A DNA stretch of 64,000 nt. Origin: Vicugna vicugna. Taxonomy: Eukaryota. A program made the position numbers and the translations under genes. The notes beneath the pieces are model-generated. The model saw only the letters and a list, made by a program, of their open reading frames with translations, had not been told where the DNA came from and made no database searches. Shown here piece after piece: positions 39,125 to 51,190 of the stretch; position 1 is the stretch's first letter; each line of letters opens with the position of its first letter. The DNA is taken from NCBI GenBank assembly GCA_013265495.1, contig MU058337.1, forward strand, positions 6,926,716 through 6,990,715, written 5' to 3'.

Positions 39125-39370
39125 GATTCAAGAACTGTTTTTTGAGCACCTCCCCTGTTTTAGGAGCTGGGAATAGAGCAGTGAGCAAGAGACAAAAATC
39201 TCTGTCTTCATAGAGCTGCTGCTTTTTTAAATTGGAGTTAGACAGACACTAAACAAATAAGAAAAACAGAGTATAGAATGCCAGATGGTGATGAAGGCTG
39301 TGTGAGAATGGAAGCAGGGAAAGGGGTGTCATGGGTGGGGTAGGGCTGTCTTTACTGAGAATCTTCTTGA
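39125..39370 (-). mobile_element. L2 3' fragment
   Basis: ttgagcacct...gctgggaatagagcagtgagcaagagacaaaaatctctgtcttcatagagct. Confidence 0.75.
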
Positions 39371-41559
39371 ACATTTGTGGCTGCAGGTTCCTCCACACAG
39401 TGGGACACATCCTTTATCCACCTGGGTCTTGGGAATGAACCATAGTTAGCTAGGATAATTATGGTGGACATTCTGATCCCTGTTTTCCTGGTAGGGGAAC
39501 TGGGCCCCTAGAGGGGTGAAGTCCTCCCTAAATTCACACAGCCAGAACCAGAGAGCAGCCTCTAGAAGCAGGAGGACCCTGCCTAGCTTACTCTCCTTAT
39601 CTAAACACAGAGCCCTCTTTAGGGCCCGTGCCCTCTTTCCTAGCGCGGTGGGCTTACCCTCAGGCTTTGGGGAGGGGGCAGAAGGCCTCTCCGCCCACTT
39701 GTTCACCAGTAGAACATCCTGGGGTTCTCGTCCTCTGCCAGCCTCGCAGCTCTGCCCCTGCCCTGTTGGAAATGAATGAATGAATGAATCTCGCACGTTT
39801 AGAAATATATCCACCTTTCAGTCTTTGTGGTTTTCTTTTGTGTGTAGTATGGCAATATGATTTTGAAATGTTTAACATTCCATTGCAGTGGTATATTTTT
39901 CCCCAAATGTCATCAATACAGGAAGTTTTATTAATATTTTAGGTATGTAGAGCTGGAAAGATCTTTTGGTGTAAGTTCTTCATTGTTTTATGAGTGAAGT
40001 GTGTGGGACCCAGAGAGGTGAAGTGACTTTTCTAATGTCACACAGCAGTTGAGCAGTATAGTGGGGGCTAAAACCTCAATGTAAGCTTTTTCTATGACAA
40101 TGTCTTGTAATACACCTTATTCGTTTTTTCTGACTATATAAGTGATGGGTACTTTCAAAGAAAATCTGGAAACAAAACAGTTTAGAGAAAAATAAAATCA
40201 CTAAGTCTTACATACCAGAAATAATCATCAGTCACATTTTGTTGTATTTTTTTTCAGTCTTATATGTGTGTATAATTGTGGGCATTTCCTCAATGTCTTT
40301 AAAAGTTCTCAAAAAAAAAAAAACAACTTTTATTGGTTCACTTATTTGCCCTGTTTGGAGGTATGCTTTGTTGGACTTTGATTGTCTACTGGGCATTGGG
40401 CTTCATCTGATGACCCTTTTGCTGACTTGGCCGTCAGTCAGCAAATAAGACTGCAGGTGTTGACACTGCTGATTGCCATCTAATGGTCTGTGTATTCAGC
40501 CATTTAAACTGTTTCAGTTGCTTTATCTCTACTTAATTGCATTTGAACCTGCTAGAGTGAAGAGCTTTGTGTCTTAAAACCTCTTTTGGCTCTCTTGCTC
40601 ATCTCTCTGGACCTCAATTTCCTTATTCTGTGAGTGGAGGGTCTTCCCTTGGTCCCTGCTCTAAGAACTAGGTAAACTCTTAGGGCCTCTCCCCAGAAGT
40701 CACACAAAATTTTGAGTGTAATTTTAGAGGGTTCATGGACCCCCCCCCCAAGTTCAGCCTTGGATTCTAGGCTAAGAAACACTAGGCTTGATGATAATGT
40801 ATATTGCATTTATGTGATTACTTCATTAAATCTCCAATCACAGAAGTAATTGAGGTGAGCATTAGAATTTATATCACAATGTGTTTTTCTGATATTAACT
40901 CTTTGGGAGTCCCCAAGAGTCTGAGACAGAAACACTCTGTCTTGTCCCCTCCCACTCACCTCTCCTGCCCCCACATCTGTCCTACCTTTTTGTCACTGCA
41001 TTCCTCCTCTACTGTAACTGACTGTTTAGCACTTTGCTCCCTGCACCTGTTGTCTTGTCCTGTTCTCTGTGTTGCTGCTTCTATGTACCATATTTTTATT
41101 TTCTCAGAAGGACAGATCGTATTCCCAACACTTCTTTTCTTTGGCCAGCAAGGTGACCAAGTACTAATACACTGTGGAAAATTGTCATTTGCTCCCTTTT
41201 GTAATTTTTCTTAATAATTTTTACTTGCTGTTTCACATTTTCCCAGAAAAGAGAAAAGGAATGATTACTTTGGAATACATGTCTAATATGTATTTAAGTC
41301 TTTGCTCCAAAGCATGTGTGTTTCCAAGTATATCTTTGTCTTAAACGATGTCTAGCAAATTTTACAGAAGAACGTCTTCTTAGCTGGGAGAAAGGAACAT
41401 TTTAATTTTTAGGAAATGGTCCACTGGTTTTCAGTGTAAGAGCAGTTGAATGCTTCTGCCTTAATTTGGGCCATTAACAAATGAAAATATTTGCATGTTT
41501 TTCAACCACCAAATTGCACTTTAGAGCTAAAGATAACCAGTGACACAAAATTGACAGAA

Positions 41560-41850
41560 GTATTCAATTCAGCCAATATGTTTTGAATGCTTGTAGTACT
41601 TCAGACACTGGGGACTCAAGGGTGGTTAAGATACAGTCCCTGCCCCTATGAATTTACAGTCTCACCGAAGAGTGCAGTGCATACAAACTTAGTGAGAGGT
41701 GGACTGTGAAAAGCTCCACAATGAAGGTAAATGAACGTAGTACCCCATATGGTATCAGAAGAGGAGCTAATTCATTCTGACGAGGAGGACCCAGGGAGTT
41801 TCATAGAGAAGGTGGCGTTTAAACAGCGTCTTGGGGCTTGTTTAGGCGTC
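41560..41850 (-). mobile_element. L2 3' fragment
   Basis: attcagccaatatgttttgaatgc...aagatacagtccctgccc. Confidence 0.65.
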
Positions 41851-43230
41851 CTCTGGGTGAGAGGGCCCTTCATCCAGCTTCATACTTTTCAGAATGTGAT
41901 GGAACTTCATCTTATGGTGTGAGGGGGAAGATAACTTTGGAGTCTAAAGTTAGCCTTCCTTATAGTAAAAATTTGCCCTTGAAAAATTCCTTAAATTTCC
42001 TGTAAAGTTTTCATGGTTTTGTGTACCCAACCTGCATAATAATTTGTATATATATTAAAATCTGAGAGCTGAAACCCATGTACAGGAGCACCCATTTCAT
42101 CTGACTTCTGGAATGTTCCTACTTTCCCCATGGGTTTTGCTCCATTCTGTTTTTAACAGTAAAACTCTATACCCTTAATGCTTGTTAATAGATGTAATTG
42201 TTATTGTAAGAGTTAAACTAGTTACTGTGTGAAAGACCTTGAGGTTGCTAGAGTTAGGGGCTTATTAGTAAATGTGGATTTGAATCCAGAGGTCCAATGT
42301 ATACCTTGTTCGTTTGAAATGTTGTAAAGGAAAATTTGACCACCTCCTTCCTGTCCTTCTAAGATGGCATTTCCTCTTGTGGTTGCTCTGACCAGATGTC
42401 ATTCTCATGTCCCCAGACATCGATCTCATGAAATCCCTTAGAGAAACCACATCCTACTTGTTGGTTGAAGTTGGGATGTTAAATGCTGTACCGTGTGACT
42501 CCCTTTGATGGGCAGACTTCTAAAGTGTTGGTCTGTCTTAAATGAGCAGAATAGAACAAGGACACTTTACGTTGCCTGAGAAGTTAGGTGGCAGGAAAGC
42601 TGACAATAGTATCTCCAGTCCTCTAAGTCCTGAGAATGTACTTTTTTCATAAATTGGACCTACTTGAACGTGATAGACTGGATGAATATCTTGCTCTCAG
42701 AATTGCTTTCTTTTGTTTGGGGTTTAGGTGTAATGCTCAGAGATGGTGGTGGGCAAGCTATGTGAATTTTGCTGCTGCTTTTCCTATAAATGTTGAGAAC
42801 CTTGTCTACACATTAAACAGTTCCCTTTTATGCAAATCTCTGTGTGAGAAACTTTTCAAAAGATTTACTTGCTTTACAGCTTGTTATGTTTTCCTTTTGA
42901 TGATGTGAATTATGGAACTGATTACGTTTGCCATTCTGTCTTGGCTGCTTGGAAGCCCAGAGCCAATTCAAAGATTTTTCTTTGATTACAGAAGAAGTAT
43001 AAATTCATGGCTGAAGTTTTGAAAAATATAGAAGAACTTTAAGAAGAAGATGCCTGGCTCATGGCATGAACACGGGGGAATCAAGACAACTATTTGAAGC
43101 CCTTTGTCATAATCAAGCTGCAGAGGGAAGGGCAGTTGGTTTGAAATTGCTGAAGCACTTTGTAATGTGTTGTAGCAACGCAGTTGGTGAAATTCTTGTT
43201 TTAGGTCACATATCCAGAGTCCTGAATTTT

Positions 43231-43370
43231 GGGGGGAGGGGTATAGCTCAAGGGGTAGAGCCCATGCCCAGCACCCAAGAGGTCAGGGGTTCAATCCCCA
43301 GTACCTCCTTGAAGTGGAAATCAGTGAAGAAACCTAATTACCTCCCCGTCGTAAAAGAAACGTTGCAAGC
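43231..43370 (+). mobile_element. Camelid tRNA-derived SINE (Vic-1 type)
   Basis: ggggagggg tatagctcaaggggtagag...ggttcaatccccagtacctcc...aaacctaattacctcccc; TSD agagtcctgaattt / aaagtcctaaattt. Confidence 0.88.
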
Positions 43371-43619
43371 AAAGTCCTAAATTTAAGACTAAGGTTAACA
43401 TCTTCAGATTGGAATAACAACAGTAGTTACAATTAAATGAACACCTACTATGTATCAGGCACCGTGCTATGCCATTTTTCCCCTTTTACCATTTCATTGA
43501 AATTACCTTGGTTGGATTAAATCCAGATGCTGCCTTTTATCTTTTTTTAATTGCTGATCGGTAGCTTTTATGTATTTGTGTCTTTTAGCAGTTGACATTG
43601 TTCGAATAGATAGCTGGTT

Positions 43620-43790
43620 TAGCATAGCATTATAGTGAAAAGTGTGTACACTGGACCCATATTGCCACTGTGCTGTGTGACCTACACATATGTAACCTTT
43701 CTGTGCATGTTTCCTCATCTGTAAAATGGGAATAACCATGTTACCTACTTCACAGGGTTGTTACGAAGATTATTAAATTACCCGTGCAGG
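43620..43790 (+). mobile_element. MIR SINE
   Basis: gtttcctcatctgtaaaatgggaataac...acctacttcacagggttgtt. Confidence 0.85.
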
Positions 43791-45349
43791 TCTTGGGACA
43801 TGATGATCACTTACAGCGTCCATAAATTAAATAACCTTTTAGTTCCTTCTTGTTACTTACAGAATGTCAGGATATTTTGACCCAATAAGTAGAATAGCAT
43901 TTTTCTCCTTAAAAGTCTAGAACTTCTAGTGGCTTAATGATGAAGGGGATTTGAGGAAGAACTGGACTTTTTAGAACTTCTCGAGCCATTTCAAAAAGAT
44001 TTTTGAGTTGTTGGTTATGTTATACTTTACAGAGGCTCAGTTTATTTGTTTTGTGCTGTGGGTTGCCTCTGATTTATAGAACATTTCTAAGTTTCGATTT
44101 GACTGTTCAAATCTGTATTCATGTAACTGAAACTCTGGTTTTTTTCCTAACCTCTTGTAATTTTACAAATATAAAATTTAAAAAATTCATAGATTGTATT
44201 ATTTCAGAACACAGATTTGGTGAGTTTATATTTACCCTGAAAGATATTACCCAAATTTAAGAAATAAGATTCCGGGTGGTGAGGGACAGAGACTGAGGTG
44301 GCCTCCAGAGGCTCTGGTAGAAGAAGAAGGATGTGTTGGGTAGGGTGCAGCTTGGCCTGGAAAGTAGATTTGTACCTGTATTTTATACACTAGTTTATAT
44401 ATTTTCCTTGGTAGATACACCTGTACCTGATGGTACCTGTTGTTGCTATTTGATAGCTCATCATTTACCTATTACTACTGCTACTTCTGTTATTTACTGT
44501 TAATAATTTCTCCTTGATTTTAATGAAATAAGCAGGATAACTAATTGGCAGAAGCTCTGCAGCATCCCAGGAGGACAGATTAATATTTCATCCCATCTTA
44601 ATGCTCATTTCCATGTAATTTTTAATAAATCCCTTAACACTTCTGTTTTGGTTTTTCCTAAAAGATGACTTTAAAATGAATTAAAAATTAATCTACTATT
44701 AATGTGAGGAAATATTAAAAATGGCAGGCTTTTGGGAAAACACATTTTGGGTGCTATCACCACTGAACCGTGGGGTAGTGACCCAGCTACTTTGCTATGT
44801 TTTTGTGCAAATCCCTATTAATTACATGAATCTGTCATTTATAATGTCCATTCATCTTGCCTTCTCAACTTACCCTGACACTCCTGGAAGAGAGAGACAC
44901 TTACTCTGCCTTATATTTTTATATTTTAATCCCCTTGGTACCTAGTACCAGACTCACATCCCTGTTGATGGATTTAATGTAATATTCTGTTTAATAAAAG
45001 CATTTACTGTGATATGTGGTATTTCATGAAAACGTTTGATGACCTCGTCTTTTATCTACTATAAAACAGTAGATAAGTTTGGCGTGCTGCCGTCTGTCGT
45101 GCAGGGAGAAGCTCGTTCCCTGCACCTGCATGTGTGGAGTGCAGGCGACAGGAACCCCTTGCTGGTTGCCCTTCCCTCCTTTGCTGATCAGCCAAGCATT
45201 TGGTGTTTAGCAATAACATGAGGGAAAGCATCCAGAAACTATATAAGAATTTTAGAGCAGCCAGATGACCTAGCTTCTCTTCAGTTCCAGATTTGAAGTA
45301 ATTATGAAGGAGTCTAACTGTGACTGGTTTTCTTTTAAAAACACTGCAC

Positions 45350-45690
45350 TATTTTGATTCAGGTCGATGTGGCCAACACTGCGTGGGGCAGACACAATAA
45401 GGCCGGTGTTTATCGGAGAGGCAGTGCACTGTGTATTGTACAGTTCGGGGTTTGTTTTCCTTTGGCTGGAGAGTGGGAACCTCCCATTTTCCGAGGAGTA
45501 GTAACACCCCTGGAAGCTGGCCCTCCCACCCTGGCGGGCTCTGTGGACCCAGCCGGCGGGGCTGGCCGCTTATGCCTGGGAAGCTAGCTTCCTTTCCGTC
45601 CTCCGGCCCCTGGCATGCGTGTGCCTTGCACAGCTGAGGGCTCGCAGCTGTCCCAGTTGCAGACCTTCTGACTTGTGTTTTCAGACGAGG
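45350..45690 (+). promoter_or_regulatory. Putative promoter/5' UTR of the MQADK exon
   Basis: GC- and CpG-enriched stretch (e.g. ccagccggcggggctggccgc) directly upstream of the ATG. Confidence 0.55.
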
Positions 45691-45816
45691 ATGCAGGCTG
45701 ATAAGTGCAGGACAAGTAGTAGAAATGTCAAAAAGGAGCTGGTGATCGAGTCCCCCGTGCAGTGCAAGGATGCAGCCCAGGGAGAAGTGGAAGCAGAGAG
45801 CCCAGGGCCAGTGCTG
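45691..45816 (+). CDS. DOCK9: DOCK9 alternative first coding exon, MQADKCRTSSRNVKKELVIESPVQCKDAAQGEVEAESPGPVL (42 aa)
   Basis: aggATG at 45691; phase-0 donor CTG|GTAAGA at 45817; near-identical to the recalled human DOCK9 isoform N-terminus MQADKCRTSSRSVKKELVIESPLQYKDAAQGEVEAESPGPVP. Confidence 0.93.
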
Positions 45817-47315
45817 GTAAGAGGGGCCTGTCCGTGGGGTTTTTCTGCCTTTTCCACGCTGCGCTTTCACCGCGGGTGGGTGCTTGCTGCCTTCTTGCAC
45901 TCTGGTTTGATTTTAAACTTGCCTTGCCTGTCTCGGGTGAACTCTCTTCTCTCTCTTCTCCTGTAGATTGACTTCGGTTCCACTTTGATTCCTCTTTGGG
46001 AGGAAAGATATGTTTACGTTTTGTGGGTGAATATGGTTTCCAGGAGGCTTCTTTATATAGAACAACAATGTATTGTTCAAAATTATGTCCCACCTAGCTG
46101 CACTGTTGCCAAACGTAAACCCAAGAGACACACAGTAATTGCCTTCATAGGGTTGGAAAGATGTCCTTTGCAAAATTAAAATACTTTTACAATATGTATT
46201 TATATAATTGTAAAAGTTAGGATGATAATATTGGGGGATGGTGGGTAAGGAACATAACTGCTGAAGTTACATGTGTTCTCACTCATTTTAACAGGTTTGC
46301 CTTGAATTGAACAAAGTAAGAAACAACATAAACTTTGAACCAATTGATAAAAAAGTTTCTAGTCTTAACAGTAGCTAAACTTAGAGCAGTTTGGATAAAT
46401 TCAGGTGCTTGTGTAGACTTTGGGAGGAATGTGAAAAATGGTTTTGTTGTTGTCATCAATGAGTGGGTTGTGCTTCTCTCTCGGAATTTCTTTAGTACAA
46501 TAAAGGCACATAATTTTTTAAGCAAACTGCAAAAAACCACCAACATGCACTGCAGAGGGGACAATTGAGCCTTTCAAATGATCTGTTTAAGGGATTGTTA
46601 AACTTAGCACTTTTACATAGTGATTTTTTAAGCATGGAGATTCAATTGTTGTTATCATTAACCACTTTATGATTTTATTAAGTTAATGTCTTTAAGAACT
46701 TAAACTTCTCTGTTATGGATTTGCTTTGAATTAAGTTACTTTTGACCTGTGAGACTGCTTTATATTCTATTGCCTTCAAAATTATATTGCTAACTACAAA
46801 CTGAGAAAGTCTATTAAAGTGTGATGGCCTTTTTCACTGCAGGTCTCTATCTGAGAGATTTAGTACTCCTCCCTGCCTCCTGCCCCACCTCCTCCCCTGT
46901 ATATTGTTTAGAGATGTTATTTGTTATCTTGGATTCCTTTCTGCTAGCACAATAGTTCATTTATCTATTGAGAAGCTTGAGCTGCTTACATGTAGTAATA
47001 GATGTAACTGGTTAAAGCTCCCAGCTGATGTCCCTTATGATTTCTTGGAGGAAGTTGTGTGGTTTGGGTTCCCTTGTGAATATTCTTAAAAATCTTTTGT
47101 CAGTAATTCTCCAGATGTGTAGAAATACTTGTCCAGAGGATTAAATACACTGTAGAAAGATGCTCTGTGATTTTTTTTTTAAATCATCCAAATGATTTTT
47201 AAAAAACTTGCTCCTCTTTCTTGTGCTTGAAACACCAGCCATTCATGTCCCAGTTATTCGTTTAGGTCAACTCTTAACTCCAGGCAGTTCCACGGGGAGT
47301 TCGTTTTCCACTGAA

Positions 47316-47459
47316 ATGGATAGGGCCTTGCCAGCTACAGCTGCACCTGGTGGGAGGGCTTGTGGGGACCCAGGAGCTCCTGGCTGCAGGAGAGCTCTGG
47401 CTCAGAGCACCTGCGGAGAGAGGTGTGAGGGAGAGGTGAGGACAACAGTGATACAACAA
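47316..47459 (+). CDS. Candidate additional DOCK9 first coding exon, MDRALPATAAPGGRACGDPGAPGCRRALAQSTCGERCEGEVRTTVIQQ (48 aa)
   Basis: gaaATGG Kozak; open frame; consensus donor CAA|GTAAGT at 47460 in phase 0; second phase-0 donor GAG|GTGAGG at 47436; GC-rich island in AT-rich flanks; peptide not recognised. Confidence 0.4.
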
Positions 47460-48035
47460 GTAAGTTTGTCTTATCTGATGGTGTTTCTCTTCTTTCAGTG
47501 AGGTAAGCAAGATAAAAAGAGCTGCTATCAGATCAGAGAGGCAATGATATTTAAGCAGAGCCCCTGCCCAGGGCAGATCTCCTTACCTGTGATTATTACT
47601 GCCCACAGCAAATGCGAATTTAACAAACTGCTTAGAATGCAACTTTTTTCCAGATAATTTTTTTTAAAGCATGCCAGCACAGACAAGAGAGATCTGTGTT
47701 GTAGTGCTGTTCGTTATTATGATGTCAGTAGCTCGCTTGCTTGTTGAGAAACCCCAAGTCTGTAATGTTTAAGTTAAGTAACTTATTTTATTGAAGAGGT
47801 AGCATTTTGAAATCAAGTTCTGCTGGTTTTAGTTATATACAGGATCAGTCCTTGGGGGAAAATATTACATAGTTTAGAAAGCATGAAAATAATTAATACA
47901 TGAAAGTAGAAATATGAGTAGTGTAAAAATAGGGAAATGTAAAGTGCCCCTAATTTTACTCTCCAAAAGTGCCTGCTGTTAATTATTTGGTGTATATGCT
48001 TGCACACTTTGTCCCATGCACCTAAAAATACAACT

Positions 48036-48418
48036 TTTTAAAATAGAAGTATAGTCAGTTACAAATGTGTCAGTTTCTGGCATACAGTATAATGTCCCAG
48101 TTATGTATGTGTGTGTGTATATATATTATGTGTGTGTGTGTGTGTATTCTTTTCCATTAAAGATTATTACAAGATATTGAATATAGTTCCCTGTGCTACA
48201 CAGAAGAAATTTGGTTTTTATCTATTTTTACATATAGTGGTTAACATTTGTGAATCTCAAACTCCCAAATTTATCCCTTCCCATCCCCTTACCCCCAGTA
48301 ACAATAAGATTGTTTGCTATGTCTGTGAGTCTGTTTCTCTTTTGTAGATGAGTTCATTAGTGTCCTCTTTTTTTCTTTTTCTTTTTTAGATTCCATGTAT
48401 GAGTGATATCATATGGTG
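48036..48418 (-). mobile_element. Camelid-type L1 3' end
   Basis: gaagtatagtcagttacaa...ttattacaagatattgaatatagttccctgtgcta...ttagattccatgtatgagtgatatcatatgg. Confidence 0.85.
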
Positions 48419-48517
48419 TATAAAGACATAACTTATTGTGTGTATGTGTTTGGAAAATAGTATTACCGATTTCTGCATTAATTTTCTCCCATAATATATG
48501 AAGAACATCTTTCTTGG

Positions 48518-48937
48518 TCACTGAAGTATAATTGATTTACACTGTTGTGTTAGTTTCTAGTGTACAGCATGGTGATTCAGTCATATACACACACACACAC
48601 ACACACTCTCTCTCTCTCTCCCTTTTTCATTACAGGTTATTACAGGATACTGAATATAGTCCCATGTGCTATACTATAGGGTCTTGTTTATTTTATATAT
48701 AGCAGTTTGTATCTGCTAATCTCAAACTCCTAGTTTATCCTTCCTCCATCCCCTTTTCCATTTGATAATCAGAAGTTTGTTTTCTCTGTCTGTGAGTCTC
48801 TTTCTATTTTGAAAATGAGTTCATTTGTGTCATTTTTAAAGATTCCACATATAAGTGATATCATGTGATATTTGTCTTTCTCTGACTCACTTCACTTAGT
48901 ATGATAAATTCTAGGTCCATCCATGTTGCTGCAAATG
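48518..48937 (-). mobile_element. Second younger L1 3' end, with an internal (CA)n(CT)n tract
   Basis: gaagtataattgatttacactgttgtgttagtttc...ctaggtccatccatgttgctgcaaatg. Confidence 0.85.
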
Positions 48938-50949
48938 TATGCCATCATTTTTAATGGCTGTACCATAATATGATTCAATTTGTTTTCAATTTTTTGCCAT
49001 TAGTACAATAGACACTCATTGAGAAATGCCTCTGTGGGCAGTGAATGTACTAGTAAATGTATCTGAAAGCATTTATGCTGGTCAGAAGAAGTACTTTTTC
49101 TATAAAACTTCTCTCAAGTTAATGTTTCTTTCCCCTCTGCCAGGGTAACAGTTAAGTTTCCCTTGCAGTGGTTGCTTGTTCTGTGCCAGGTAAAGTCAGT
49201 GTGTCTAAGAGAAGTATGTTTGGGCATTATAGATTTTCAAAGGCTGCAAGATTCAATTTACAGGCACCTACGTAGGTAGGTCTTGTTGCTTCATTGTGTC
49301 AGTAAGCTGGGGAGGAAGTTCATGGTGAAATTTCCCCATTCCTGCCCAGGATCACTGCCAACCCCATAGAAAAATGACTTTGTGGGCTGTGAATGACGAA
49401 CAGGGGAACAATCAGGATATTCTTGATGTTCTGCAAGTTAGTGACCCTGCTTACAGTTGATTTCCTATTTTCACCCCCAAAACTCTAACGTAATTCCTGG
49501 AAATAATTCATTCTAATTGTAAGGCTCAACAATTTAGAGGAAAAGGGTGTGGCCTCGAGAATCATGACTGGCTGGGGTCTGTGTCCTGGGTTTTTTACCC
49601 TTTCACTGGGTTACTTTCAGGACGCAGGTACAGACTGCAGCCCAGGTCTTATTTTGGGACTTTTGAAGGCTGAAAGACGTGAAGATGGAGAGAACAGCAT
49701 TTCACGTGTTTGGCACACTCACTAGGTATTTTTAAAGAATATCTTTTCAGAGGCATCTTTTCTGTTTTTGATGTTTTTCTGGGATCTTCAGATGTCAAAC
49801 ACTGAATCTGAGTTCTTATTTTAATACTTGAAAGAATAAATGATTAGCTAAATGAGGAGGCAGCATGTGTACCAATGAAGAAAGGGGTAGGAGACTGGGC
49901 TTCTGGTCAGACAATTCAGTGCATTACCTGGGAAAACCTTTTCTCTCTGAAGTTCTGTTTACTCTAGAAACAGCAGAAGCAAATTAAAATGCAAACCCCT
50001 GAGACACAAGCTTATGGGCAATGATCATATTGTTGTCAATTGCCTATAAGACTTTAGAGGACTGTGATTGTGTTATTAAATTATAAAGCCCTTCTGGCCT
50101 CTATGTTTTCCTGCCTCCCTTTAGATGTCTTCAGAAATAATGAATGATATAACAGTGATGACATTTAATAAGTAGCTTCTTGTTTTTAAAATATTGAGTG
50201 GTGAAGGGAAGATGTCCTGCAAGTTCTTTGTAATAACATATTCCCAGGTGACAAAAAACAGGACACTTTACTTATTCAGAACCACAAGCCTTCACTGTGC
50301 TCTTTGGCTTTCCCCTTCATTTGTTTATCTCTTTGTTCACTCAGCTGCATCTGTAAGGACTGAGATTTACCAGACATACTGGGTAGTGCCCTGGGGATAC
50401 AGAGTTGAGTGAGATATACGCTCCCTCTCCCCAGGTCATGAGGGGCTTCCTTCCTCAGAAATACTTTTCACGTGGTATTTTTTAGGCACAGTGAGTGTGA
50501 ATCTCACCCATCCTTTTCTGCTTAAGCATATAACACTTAAATCATCATTGGCTCCAGCAAGGACACGTTCTATTTTTCAGTTCCTAGAGCAGGCCCAGCA
50601 CTGCTCTGCTGGGTGCATGGGGACCCCTGACCGTTCTCATGAACAGTCTGCGGACTGAGGCCCCGCTGCTGCACATGTGTTCTGTGGAGCCTGGGGTGGG
50701 AGGACTCTTTGGGAAGCACATGCGTCTTAACCCAGAGACGGCGGTTCCACAGCTCGTGTCACTGCCTCGTTACAGCCGGAGCCACTCTTCCCTTCCGGGA
50801 GGTGTCCTCATGAAGAACGTGGAAGTCCACTCAGCTCTGGCGAGTTTCTTTTTTCACGTCTGTCATCAGCGTGCAGAGTGGCTGGTCACTGTTTTTTACA
50901 ACAAAGTAATGCCAGTTTTCTTTCTTTCTTTTTTTCAGTGTAAGAATAA

Positions 50950-51190
50950 AAATAGAAAATATTTATGTAGTGCCTTGCTTTGTGCCAGATGCTGTTTTAA
51001 ACCTGTTAAATACATTATTTCAGTTAATGCTCCCAATTCTAGGAGGCAGGTGCTGTTACTACTAGTCTTTTTACCTAACCTCTCTGTGCTCAGGAGATTA
51101 GGAAACCTGCTCAAAGTCATACACTGAAGAAGTGACAGAGCCACAATTTTAAGTGGCCAGTCAGGTTTTCCAGAACCCATATCTGAACGC
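50950..51190 (-). mobile_element. MIR SINE
   Basis: atttatgtagtgcc...tgtgccag...aacctgctcaaagtcatacac. Confidence 0.6.

Noticed and set aside
45349..45900. 183-aa antisense ORF over the MQADK promoter/exon
   Set aside because: No recognisable protein; explained by stop-codon scarcity in GC-rich sequence
46183..46217. 11-bp inverted repeat ACTTTTACAAT/ATTGTAAAAGT with a 13-nt loop
   Set aside because: AT-rich and short; too small for a pre-miRNA and plausible by chance
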